Assembly: GCA_049322915.1 (NCBI GenBank)
Contig: JBMOPW010000007.1
Coordinates: 372,246-436,245 of the forward strand
Source of the DNA: Candidatus Zhuqueibacterota bacterium
GTDB taxonomy: Bacteria > Zhuqueibacterota > Zhuqueibacteria > Thermofontimicrobiales > Thermofontimicrobiaceae
Length of the DNA stretch: 64,000 bases
Direction of reading: 5' to 3'
Part shown: positions 40,773-49,791 of the stretch, piece by piece
Position numbering within the stretch: position 1 is the stretch's first letter
Layout: each line of letters starts with the position of its first letter
Translations under genes and position numbers: made by a program
Notes under the pieces: model-generated
Told to the model about the DNA's origin: nothing
The model's input: the letters and a program-made list of their open reading frames with translations, nothing else
The model's database searches: none

Positions 40773-43760
40773 ATGAAGTACTTGAAACCACTTATGATTC
40801 TCGCGTTGTCAGTATTGGTGACGTCGCTGGCATTTGCAGGATCAGATGAGTATCTGGAAAAAGTGAACTATCGGGGAGCATTTGGCGCTTCGAACTGGGC
40901 GGCCGGCTGGACAGGCATGTCCGAATATGGCTTCTTTGCATTATCAGTTGCGACGCCTGGTGACGTTGTGACCGTCACCGACGCGGATATCGCCCCGGGC
41001 GAAACCGTTGTCTGGACAGCTGATAAAGTATGGTTGCTGGATGGTCGCGTGTTCGTCGATGACGGCGCCACATTGATCATCGAAGCCGGCACGGTCATCA
41101 AAGCCAAACCAGGACAGCAGGAAAGCTCCAGCGTGTTGATCGTTGCCCGCGGCGGCAAGATTTACGCCGAAGGTACCCCTGAAAAACCTATTATTTTCAC
41201 CTCTGAGAATGATGATTTATCCAATCCGACCGTACCTCCAGCCACAGCCAAAGGGTTGTGGGGCGGACTGATCGTTCTTGGAAAAGCGCGAATCAATCAT
41301 CCCAATGGCGAGACCAATATTGAAGGCATCCCGACCACCGATTCTCGAGGCTTATACGGCGGCGCCGATGATGAAGATTGCTCAGGCGTTCTGCGATACG
41401 TATCGATTCGACACGGCGGTACGGAGATTGGCGAAGGCAATGAGATCAATGGTTTGACCATGGGCGCAGTTGGCCGCGGCACGACGATCAGCCACGTGGA
41501 AGTATTCTCCAATAAAGATGATGGATTTGAATGGTTTGGCGGCACAGTGAACTGCGATCACCTGGTGTCAGCGTTCTGCGGAGACGATGCATTTGATATC
41601 GACGAAGGCTTGCGGAATAAGATGCAGTTTCTGTTTGCGATCCAATCGGACAGCACTGGCGATTTGTGCGCGGAACATGATGGCGCGCCCGAGTCCAGCG
41701 TGGCGACAGCTGATCCGTTGTCATACACAGTGGTTTACAATGCGACCTATCTTGGCGGCGGCATGAGCGGCGCCAATGGAGCGAGTGTGATGCGACTCCG
41801 CGAGAAGTTTGGGGGCGCTTACATGAATTCGATATTCGGCGACTACAATGGTTACGGTGTTCGCGTGGATGACGATCAGACGCCGCACGATGCATCGGAT
41901 CGAATGGCTGCCGGCGAGTTGACGGTTGGCAACAATATCTGGTTCAATTTTTCCAAAGGCAATACGGTAGAAGCGGTTGCCAATAACAAGGCGTTTTTGG
42001 TGAATCATCTGGCTGCCAATCACAATGATCTGGCTGACCCGATGTTGAACAGCATCAGCCGCGCTCAGGACAATGGCCTGGATCCCCGTCCGGCTGTCGA
42101 TGGCCCGGCATTCAATAACCTGGCTTCGCTGCCCGCTGATGAAGATTTCTTCGAACATGTCCCGTATCGCGGCGCGTTTGGCGCAACGAACTGGGCTGCC
42201 GGCTGGTCAGCTCTTGCTCATTACGGATTTTTCTCTCAGCCCACTCCTCGTGGGACCGAGATTGTGACCGTCACCGACGCGGATATCGCCCCGGGCGAAA
42301 CCGTTGTCTGGACGGCTGATAAAGTATGGTTGCTGGATGGTCGCGTGTTCGTCGATGACGGCGCCACATTGATCATCGAAGCCGGCACGGTCGTCAAAGC
42401 CAAACCGGGACAGCAGGAAAGCTCCAGCGTGTTGATCGTTGCCCGCGGCGGCAAAATCTACGCCGAAGGAAACGTAACGCTTGACGCTGGTATCATCAAA
42501 TCCAATCCCATTATTTTCACCTCTGAGAATGATGATTTATCCAATCCGACCGTACCTCCAGCCACAGCCAAAGGGTTGTGGGGCGGACTGATCGTTCTTG
42601 GAAAAGCGCGAATCAATCATCCCAATGGCGAGACCAATATTGAAGGCATCCCGACCACCGATTCTCGAGGCTTATACGGCGGCGCCGATGATGAAGATTG
42701 CTCAGGCGTTCTGCGATACGTATCGATTCGACACGGCGGTACGGAGATTGGCGAAGGCAATGAGATCAATGGTTTGACCATGGGCGCAGTTGGCCGCGGC
42801 ACGACGATCAGCCACGTGGAAGTATTCTCCAATAAAGATGATGGATTTGAATGGTTTGGCGGCACAGTGAACTGCGATCACCTGGTGTCAGCGTTCTGCG
42901 GAGACGATGCATTTGATATCGACGAAGGCTTGCGGAATAAGATGCAGTTTCTGTTTGCGATCCAATCGGACAGCACTGGCGATTTGTGCGCGGAACATGA
43001 TGGCGCGCCCGAGTCCAGCGTGGCGACAGCTGATCCGTTGTCATACACAGTGGTTTACAATGCGACCTATCTTGGCGGCGGCATGAGCGGCGCCAATGGA
43101 GCGAGTGTGATGCGACTCCGCGAGAAGTTTGGGGGCGCTTACATGAATTCGATATTCGGCGACTACAATGGTTACGGTGTTCGCGTGGATGACGATCAGA
43201 CGCCGCACGATGCATCGGATCGAATGGCTGCCGGCGAGTTGACGGTTGGCAACAATATCTGGTTCAATTTTTCCAAAGGCAATACGGTAGAAGCGGTTGC
43301 CAATAACAAGGCGTTTTTGGTGAATCATCTGGCTGCCAATCACAATGATCTGGCTGACCCGATGTTGAACAGCATCAGCCGCGCTCAGGACAATGGCCTG
43401 GATCCCCGTCCGGCTGTCGATGGCCCGGCATTCAATAACCTGGCTGAAATCATGACTCGCGTCCGGTACATCTCCTACGACTCGAATGTGATTCCTGAAA
43501 ATTTCAACCTGTCTCAGAATTACCCGAATCCATTCAACCCGACAACCACGATTGAATTCACCCTTCCGATGACTTCGAACGTAAAATTGAGCGTCTACAA
43601 TCTGCTTGGCCAGAATGTGGGCACATTGCTCTCGGGCGATCTGAACGCGGGTGTGCATAGAATTCAGTGGGACGCTTCCAGTTTACCGAGCGGTATGTAC
43701 ATCTACCGCCTCGAAGCGGGCTCCACGGTTTTGAATAAAAAACTGACATTGTTGAAGTAA
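40773..43760 (+). CDS. T9SS cargo protein with two tandem beta-helix-like domains and a type-A CTD
   Basis: AGGAGG RBS before ATG 40773; signal peptide; duplicated ~440-aa unit; CTD 'LSQNYPNPFNPTTTIEF...SGMYIYRL...KKLTLLK'. Confidence 0.85.
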   Translation: MKYLKPLMILALSVLVTSLAFAGSDEYLEKVNYRGAFGASNWAAGWTGMSEYGFFALSVATPGDVVTVTDADIAPGETVVWTADKVWLLDGRVFVDDGATLIIEAGTVIKAKPGQQESSSVLIVARGGKIYAEGTPEKPIIFTSENDDLSNPTVPPATAKGLWGGLIVLGKARINHPNGETNIEGIPTTDSRGLYGGADDEDCSGVLRYVSIRHGGTEIGEGNEINGLTMGAVGRGTTISHVEVFSNKDDGFEWFGGTVNCDHLVSAFCGDDAFDIDEGLRNKMQFLFAIQSDSTGDLCAEHDGAPESSVATADPLSYTVVYNATYLGGGMSGANGASVMRLREKFGGAYMNSIFGDYNGYGVRVDDDQTPHDASDRMAAGELTVGNNIWFNFSKGNTVEAVANNKAFLVNHLAANHNDLADPMLNSISRAQDNGLDPRPAVDGPAFNNLASLPADEDFFEHVPYRGAFGATNWAAGWSALAHYGFFSQPTPRGTEIVTVTDADIAPGETVVWTADKVWLLDGRVFVDDGATLIIEAGTVVKAKPGQQESSSVLIVARGGKIYAEGNVTLDAGIIKSNPIIFTSENDDLSNPTVPPATAKGLWGGLIVLGKARINHPNGETNIEGIPTTDSRGLYGGADDEDCSGVLRYVSIRHGGTEIGEGNEINGLTMGAVGRGTTISHVEVFSNKDDGFEWFGGTVNCDHLVSAFCGDDAFDIDEGLRNKMQFLFAIQSDSTGDLCAEHDGAPESSVATADPLSYTVVYNATYLGGGMSGANGASVMRLREKFGGAYMNSIFGDYNGYGVRVDDDQTPHDASDRMAAGELTVGNNIWFNFSKGNTVEAVANNKAFLVNHLAANHNDLADPMLNSISRAQDNGLDPRPAVDGPAFNNLAEIMTRVRYISYDSNVIPENFNLSQNYPNPFNPTTTIEFTLPMTSNVKLSVYNLLGQNVGTLLSGDLNAGVHRIQWDASSLPSGMYIYRLEAGSTVLNKKLTLLK
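41190..43445 (+). repeat. Intragenic direct repeat: 41190-42125 = 42510-43445 (936 bp), plus near-identical 40966-41172 / 42262-42468
   Basis: Line-by-line identity at offset 1320; identical antisense ORFs in the ORF track. Confidence 0.95.
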
Positions 43761-43805
43761 GAGTAGCCCCTCTTATAGTTTTACCTCTTAATACTCTTAT
43801 TCTAG

Positions 43806-43841
43806 AAAGCCAGTGGGTATTCTTTCCCGCTGGCTTTTTTT
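43806..43841 (+). terminator. Rho-independent terminator
   Basis: AAAGCCAGTGGG...CCCGCTGGCTTT followed by a T-run. Confidence 0.85.
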
Positions 43842-44117
43842 ATTCTCGACCTATCTCAGCAGAGGACGGATAGCTCGCTTCAGCGAACATGCCGGTCAAT
43901 CGGCGAGACATTGTCTTCCGCTCACGTCCTATTTGTTTTATCGCCACGAAAACTCGAATTCACGAAGTTGCACAACGAAACACACTTATTTTTATTGAAT
44001 AAAATTTAATTGTTCGATCTGGAATGGATTTGATTAAGTCAAATAGTCTCCTTCGAGTTATAGCGGCAGTTCCTGGTGATGTGACAAAGTCGAATTAACA
44101 TGTTGCAAAATTTCCTG

Positions 44118-44146
44118 TTGACTATTCCCGTATTTTTTTGTATTAT
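44118..44146 (+). promoter_or_regulatory. sigma70-type promoter upstream of phoU-pst
   Basis: TTGACT-N17-TATTAT. Confidence 0.6.
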
Positions 44147-44335
44147 TGAGAAATCATTTTCCCAATCGCATAGACTGGGTAAACGCCAGGCAATGGAAAG
44201 GACGAATGTCGCTATGCAGTCAGAACATGGCAGCGCAGGCGTTCGAATCGCTGGCGGCCTCTATCGTGAGTTATCTGGAAGTAAATATTCAACGAAACAC
44301 ATTGAACATCGGAAACGGGAAATTTCCAATCCTCT

Positions 44336-44368
44336 GTTAACATGGTTGTAACTTTAGTTTAGTAAACT
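44336..44368 (+). promoter_or_regulatory. Pho-box-like array upstream of phoU-pstSCAB
   Basis: GTTAACATGGT/TGTAACTTTAG/TTTAGTAAACT; shares TCTGTTAACATGG (13 bp) with the 36558 site. Confidence 0.7.
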
Positions 44369-44562
44369 TCCCGGCACCTTCATCTCAAAGTTTGCTGAAA
44401 AAGCGTTCAGCGCCAGGCAAATCAGAAACTTGGAAACCAAGACCCAATTCAGAAAACAAAACGTAACAGAAATTGGCGCAACAAAGTTAGCGCCCATTTT
44501 GAGGGACAGTCATTATGCGAGAAGACAAGACTCAATTATTGGATGATACGAGGAGTTTTGAC

Positions 44563-45666
44563 ATGTCGTCAATTTTGGAAGAGCGATTGAGGCGCGGCAT
44601 TGATCTCATTCGCAACAAGGTTTCCGAGATGGCAATTCAAGCGGAGCGGGCCACCGAAGCCAGCCTGAAATCGTTGACAGAGAACAATCGCAAACTCGCC
44701 TATGCGGTCATTTTGCGCGACCAGCGAATTGATCAACTGGAAAAGGAACTTGACCGTTTGTGCCTGGAGTTTCTCGTTCGGCAACAGCCCGTTGCCGGGC
44801 ATCTGCGTTTTGTGTATGCGACAATAAAAATCAATACAGACCTGGAACGCATCGGCGACTATGCCGAGAGCATTGCCCGACAGGTGCTGTTCATCAGTTC
44901 CATTGATCGAAAAATTTCAATGAATCGATTCATCGAGATCGGGGAATTAGCTATTAAAATGCTGCACGACGCGACTCGGTCGTTCATCGATCAGAATGCG
45001 GACCTGGCGCGAAAAACCATCGAATTGGAGAGACAGGTGGATTGGCTGCGCACGCAAATTCGCGTCGAATTGTTGCAGCTACACCGCGATGGGAAAATAA
45101 CGCTGGAAGAGATCATCCCCATGCTGGTGATTGCCGCCCGGTTCGAGCGCGTGGCTGACCAATCGGTGAATATTTGTGAAGAAGTGCTGTACATTTGTAC
45201 CGGCGAAGTGCTGAAGCACTCCGGGCTGGAGACCTTCCGCGTGCTTTTCCTTTCCAAAGGAAATTCAATGCGGAGCCAGATGGCAGAGGGAATTGCCAAT
45301 TCACTGGGCATGGAACAGTTCGTTTTCACCAGCGCTGGACTGACCCCACGTCTGGTCGATCCCCGGGTTGTCAGTTACATGAAGAAAAAGGGCATCGATA
45401 TTTCCATGCAAAATTCCAAATCGATTCAACAAGTCCCCAATCTCGAACATTATCAGGTCATTATCCTGCTCAGTAAAGAAGTGGAAGAGTCGGCTCCGAT
45501 TTTGCCGGCCAAGTCCATTATGCTGCAATGGCTCACGCCGGATCCTTCCTACGCGGAGGGTTCCGTTGACGAGATTGATAAAACATTCGACAAAACATTT
45601 GAATATCTGAACACTCATATCCGTGATTTTGTGCAGGCTGTACTGAGTGATGAAATGTATCCCTAA
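44563..45666 (+). CDS. phoU: PhoU fused to an ArsC/LMW-PTP-like domain lacking the catalytic Cys
   Basis: Two PhoU repeats ('QPVAGHLR', 'DLERIGDYA', 'ERVADQSVNICE'), then 'VLFLSKGNSMRSQMAE', 'SAG', 'QNSKSI', 'W..PDP'; AGGAG RBS before ATG 44563. Confidence 0.9.
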   Translation: MSSILEERLRRGIDLIRNKVSEMAIQAERATEASLKSLTENNRKLAYAVILRDQRIDQLEKELDRLCLEFLVRQQPVAGHLRFVYATIKINTDLERIGDYAESIARQVLFISSIDRKISMNRFIEIGELAIKMLHDATRSFIDQNADLARKTIELERQVDWLRTQIRVELLQLHRDGKITLEEIIPMLVIAARFERVADQSVNICEEVLYICTGEVLKHSGLETFRVLFLSKGNSMRSQMAEGIANSLGMEQFVFTSAGLTPRLVDPRVVSYMKKKGIDISMQNSKSIQQVPNLEHYQVIILLSKEVEESAPILPAKSIMLQWLTPDPSYAEGSVDEIDKTFDKTFEYLNTHIRDFVQAVLSDEMYP

Positions 45667-45685
45667 TTGAAATGGAGGAAGTACA

Positions 45686-46624
45686 ATGAATACACGCTAT
45701 TTAAAATTGTTGGCAATCGGAAGCATGATTCTGCTTTCTGCCGGCTGCTCCAAAAAGACTGAAGAGAGCGGCAATGTTGCGACCGGCGACAAAGTGACTA
45801 TCCAGAACATCGGCTCTGATACCATGGTGAATCTGGCGCAGGCCTGGTCCGAAGAGTATGCCAAAATTGAACCCAATGTTTCGGTGGAAGTTTCCGGCGG
45901 CGGCTCCGGCACCGGGTTCGCAGCTCTTGTGAATGGCACCGTGGATATTGTGAACGCCAGTCGCGAAATTACCACGGAAGAAAAAGAGAAGGCAACCGCC
46001 AATGCACAGGGCCAGACACCACAGGAATATATCGTCGGCTACGACGCGCTGGCAGTGTATGTGCACAAAGAAAATCCGCTGAATGAAATCAGCATCGAAC
46101 AGCTTGCTGAAATTTACGGCGAAGGTGGCGCCATTGAAAAATGGTCGCAGTTGGGAATCACCAACACGGAATGCCCCAATGACGAGATCATCAGGATCAG
46201 TCGTCAATCCAATTCCGGCACCTACATTTATTTCCGGGAACATGTCGTCGGCCAAACGCGCGATTTCAAACTGGGCTCCACGGACCTGCACGGTTCCAAA
46301 GACGTGGTCGAACTCATTGGCAAAACACCCTGCGCAATCGGCTACAGCGGTATGGGCTACACCACGCCCGATGTGAAAATGCTTAAAATATCTGCGAAGA
46401 CCGGCGGAGTGGCAATTCCCGCTGAAGTTGAGACGACATTGAATAAGACTTATCCCATCGCTCGCCCGTTGTACCTGTACACGCACGGTGTTCCCAACGA
46501 TGCCACTCAAAAATATATCAATTGGATCCTTTCAGATGCCGGGCAGTTGGTGATTGAACAAATCGGATATGTCCCATTGCCAAAGACCCCTATTGAAACC
46601 CCGACGGCGCAGGAAGGGAAATAA
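45686..46624 (+). CDS. pstS: Phosphate ABC transporter substrate-binding lipoprotein
   Basis: Lipobox SAGC; GSDTM, GGGSGTG, SRQSNSGT, YPIARPL. Confidence 0.93.
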   Translation: MNTRYLKLLAIGSMILLSAGCSKKTEESGNVATGDKVTIQNIGSDTMVNLAQAWSEEYAKIEPNVSVEVSGGGSGTGFAALVNGTVDIVNASREITTEEKEKATANAQGQTPQEYIVGYDALAVYVHKENPLNEISIEQLAEIYGEGGAIEKWSQLGITNTECPNDEIIRISRQSNSGTYIYFREHVVGQTRDFKLGSTDLHGSKDVVELIGKTPCAIGYSGMGYTTPDVKMLKISAKTGGVAIPAEVETTLNKTYPIARPLYLYTHGVPNDATQKYINWILSDAGQLVIEQIGYVPLPKTPIETPTAQEGK

Positions 46625-46630
46625 GCAAGC

Positions 46631-47521
46631 ATGAACTGGAGTCGTATCGAGGCTAAAACCGAACCGATCATTGAACTCATCATTCGGCTATGCGGAATTA
46701 GTGCGATCATTTTTGTGTTCGGTATATTTTTCTTCGTATTCCGGGAAGGCGCAGATTTCCTGTTCAGCGGATTGGACATCAAAGAATTCTTCACAAGCGT
46801 CGAATGGTATCCGAATTCATTCAGCAACAAGCGCTATGGCGTGCTGGCGTTGATCACTGGCACGGCCAGTGTCACGCTTCTGGCGATGGCCATCGCCGTG
46901 CCGTTTGGACTGGGATCCGCGATTTTCATCTCCGAATTTTGCAATCCCCGGATGAAAGAGATGCTGAAGATTGTCATTGAACTTTTAGCGGCGATTCCAT
47001 CCGTGGTCTGGGGATTCATTGGTTTGACCGTGATGAACCCGATCATCATCAACGTGTTTCACTCTTCCATCGGCCTGAACATGCTCAACGGGGGCATTAT
47101 CCTCGCGTTGATGAGCGTGCCCATCATTGTGTCCATTGGTGAAGATGCATTGAAGGCGGTGCCTGACTCGTTCCGCGAGGCGGCCATCGCCCTCGGCGCC
47201 ACCCGCTGGCAGGTTGTGTACCGCGTGCTGCTCCCTGCCGCGCGAAATGGTCTGCTGGCGGCCGTGCTGCTTGGCATCGGACGCGCCGTGGGAGAGACAA
47301 TGGCGGTGCTGATGGCGACTGGCCATGCCATCAAAATTCCTACCAGTGTCCTTGATTCAGTGCGTACATTAACGGCGACCATCGCCGCAGAATTGGGAGA
47401 AGCCGCAGAGCACTCGGAGCATTATCAGGTGCTGTTCATCATCGGTATCCTGCTTTTTATGATCACCTTCGCAGTGAATCTCATCGCGGATCTGGTAGTG
47501 AAAGGAGTGCGGGAGAAATAG
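46631..47521 (+). CDS. pstC: Phosphate ABC transporter permease
   Basis: 'ELLAAIPSVVWG', EAA motif 'EAAIALGATRWQ', 'RAVGETMAV'. Confidence 0.95.
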   Translation: MNWSRIEAKTEPIIELIIRLCGISAIIFVFGIFFFVFREGADFLFSGLDIKEFFTSVEWYPNSFSNKRYGVLALITGTASVTLLAMAIAVPFGLGSAIFISEFCNPRMKEMLKIVIELLAAIPSVVWGFIGLTVMNPIIINVFHSSIGLNMLNGGIILALMSVPIIVSIGEDALKAVPDSFREAAIALGATRWQVVYRVLLPAARNGLLAAVLLGIGRAVGETMAVLMATGHAIKIPTSVLDSVRTLTATIAAELGEAAEHSEHYQVLFIIGILLFMITFAVNLIADLVVKGVREK

Positions 47522-47624
47522 CGCTGCGCAGAGAATATTTCGAACGTGCGCCAATCGGTTCAATCAAAATTACCAACAGGGAGGTTTTCCAGGGCATGAA
47601 ATCATCGAATAATTGCATCACGTT

Positions 47625-48521
47625 ATGAACGAAATTACCTTCACAGAAACGCCGTTTGTGCGGCGGAAGAAATACACTGAGAAGCTGGCGCGCACGATTT
47701 TCCTGCTGATGGCGCTGGCGATGATCATCCCGTTGATCGCGATCGTCGGCTACCTTGTCATCAAGGCAATGCCGGTCCTTTCGCTCGATTTTATACTGGA
47801 GAATCCCACCAATCGCATGCGCTCCGGCGGACTCTGGGCGCCGCTGGTGGGGACAATCTATCTCGTGGTCATTTCGCTGGTGATTGCCACGCCCACCGGT
47901 GTGCTGGCCGCAGTTTACCTGAATGAATACGCGCGCGAAAGCTGGTTCACTCGCGTCATCAATCTGGCGGTGGTGAATCTTGCCGGCGTTCCCAGCATCG
48001 TCCACGCGCTGTTCGGACTGGGCGCGTTCGTGCTGTTCGCCGGTCTGGGACGCTCCATTCTGGCGGCGTCGCTGACGCTGGCGATCATGACGCTGCCCGT
48101 CATCATTGCCAGCACCAAAGAGTCGCTGTCATCGGTGCCCATGGCGTTTCGCGTCGCTTGCTGGAATGTCGGCGCAACGCGCTGGCAGACCATCCGCTCC
48201 ATCGTGCTGCCCAATTCCATCAGCGGGATTCTCACTGGCGTGATTTTGCAGGTGTCCCGCGCTGCCGGAGAAACAGCGCCGATCATGTTCACCGGCGTCG
48301 TGTTTTTCAAAGCGTTGGGCGACCACAGCTTTTTCGCCTACGGCTTGTTCGATCAGTGCATGGCTCTGTCCATGCACCTGTTCACCATTTCCACCCAGGT
48401 GACCGGCGTTCCCGAAGCGCTGCCTTACGGCACGGCCGTCGTGCTGATGGCCATTGTGCTGCTGACCAACGGGCTGTCGATCATCTTTCGGGTGTACTTG
48501 CGGTCGCGGAAGAAGTGGTAA
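47625..48521 (+). CDS. pstA: Phosphate ABC transporter permease
   Basis: 'AVYLNEYA', 'LAGVPSIV', 'RAAGETAP'. Confidence 0.95.
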   Translation: MNEITFTETPFVRRKKYTEKLARTIFLLMALAMIIPLIAIVGYLVIKAMPVLSLDFILENPTNRMRSGGLWAPLVGTIYLVVISLVIATPTGVLAAVYLNEYARESWFTRVINLAVVNLAGVPSIVHALFGLGAFVLFAGLGRSILAASLTLAIMTLPVIIASTKESLSSVPMAFRVACWNVGATRWQTIRSIVLPNSISGILTGVILQVSRAAGETAPIMFTGVVFFKALGDHSFFAYGLFDQCMALSMHLFTISTQVTGVPEALPYGTAVVLMAIVLLTNGLSIIFRVYLRSRKKW

Positions 48522-48646
48522 GAATATGCACGACTGCTTTGTCTGGAAAACATCAGGCGAGACATGAAGCAGATACTTCTATTGCTATTTTGGTTCAATA
48601 AATTTCATGAAGAGCAATTGAAGATTTTAAGTGAAAGGCTAATTGA

Positions 48647-48815
48647 ATGAGCCTTGTGCGGGAGGGGGCTAAGAAACTAATTGAAAATCTCACGGATCAG
48701 GCGCCTGGGACGATTTGATGTATGAAATGTTTGTCGGGAAAAAATTGGTGAAGGCTTAAAAGCCGCTGATGAAGGAAAGCCAATCTCCCACGTGGATGTC
48801 AAAACGAAATGGCTG
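48647..48815 (+). pseudogene. Frameshifted type II antitoxin remnant (RelE/ParE-partner type)
   Basis: With two 1-nt deletions restored it reads MSLVREGAKKLIENLTDQA-WDDLMYEMFV-EKIGEGLKAADEGKPISHVDVKTKWL. Confidence 0.65.
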
Positions 48816-48893
48816 ATTATGCCCTGGGAAAAAATATAAAAATGATTGTACAAAAGAATTGGCTAAAATAAACACGACTGTCGTTCTCGGTTT

Positions 48894-48946
48894 CTTTTTA
48901 CCTTCGGCCTGTTAGATCAGTGCATGGCGTTGTCCATGCACCTGTT
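48894..48946 (+). repeat. Diverged partial copy of pstA segment 48330-48382
   Basis: Encodes FTFGLLDQCMALSMHL versus FAYGLFDQCMALSMHL in pstA. Confidence 0.85.
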
Positions 48947-49107
48947 ATACCAATGGTGTGAATGAAAAATTCATATATAATGAGTTAAGAGAATTTGGAT
49001 GATTTTGTATTCTGAGAAAATTAGCTATTTGTTGTGTGCATGAAGATGACTTCTTTAGTTTTTAAATAACTCCAAATTAAGAGATTACAATCGTAATCAT
49101 TTAATGA

Positions 49108-49410
49108 ATGGAATATTGTATGGATCGAGAGAAAATTATTCAAACATTAAAGAAATTCAAAGAAGAGAATAAAGATAAATATCATATAAAGAGTCTTGGA
49201 CTATTTGGCTCTGTTGCAAAAAATTGCATGAGAGATAATAGCGATATTGATGTGGTAGTAAAATTAACGAAGCAAGACTTATTTGATTTGATTGGTATTA
49301 AGCAAGATTTAGAAGCGCTACTGAAATATCCAATTGATGTGGTTAGTTACAGAGAAAAAATGAATGCCTTTCTTAAAAAACGGATTGATGAGGAGGCTGT
49401 GTATGTATGA
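49108..49410 (+). CDS. mntA: MNT minimal nucleotidyltransferase antitoxin (MntA)
   Basis: 'LFGSVAKNCMRDNSDIDV' GSX10DXD motif; stop overlaps the hepT start; AT-rich. Confidence 0.88.
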   Translation: MEYCMDREKIIQTLKKFKEENKDKYHIKSLGLFGSVAKNCMRDNSDIDVVVKLTKQDLFDLIGIKQDLEALLKYPIDVVSYREKMNAFLKKRIDEEAVYV

Positions 49411-49774
49411 TAAAGAGCTTGCCAGAGAAATACTGCAACAAATTTATCATGCCATAGAAATTGTTTTGCAGAGATTTGAACCGATAAAAAAGGTAAGTGA
49501 TTTTACGGATAGTCCTTCAGGGATGGAAAAATTGGATTCGATTTGTATGCAATTAATCGTAATTGGGGAAGGATAAAAAAATATTGATAAGGTGACAGAG
49601 AATTCCATATTGCAGAAATATCCTCAAGTAGAATGGAAAAAAGTGAAAGGACTAAGGGATATAATTACACATCATTATGTTGATATAAATGCAGAAGCTA
49701 TCTACGATATATGTGAGAATAAAATTACACTTTTGGCTCAAACTATAAAAAAGATATTAAATGATTTTGAGTAA
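49403..49774 (+). pseudogene. hepT: HEPN/DUF86 toxin (HepT) with an in-frame nonsense codon
   Basis: MYDKEL...IGEG*KNIDKV...WKKVKGLRDIITHHY; TAA at 49574-49576; both halves are in the same frame. Confidence 0.85.
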
Positions 49775-49791
49775 TTATTTTATGAAAACTG

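Noticed and set aside
40966..43445. Diversity-generating retroelement (TR/VR) or CRISPR interpretation of the long repeat
   Set aside because: Both copies are in-frame coding, differences are not adenine-specific, and there is no reverse transcriptase, cas gene or spacer pattern
49574..49576. Programmed readthrough or recoding of the hepT stop
   Set aside because: The codon is TAA, not TGA or TAG, and TAA terminates many genes in this window; simple nonsense mutation is more likely
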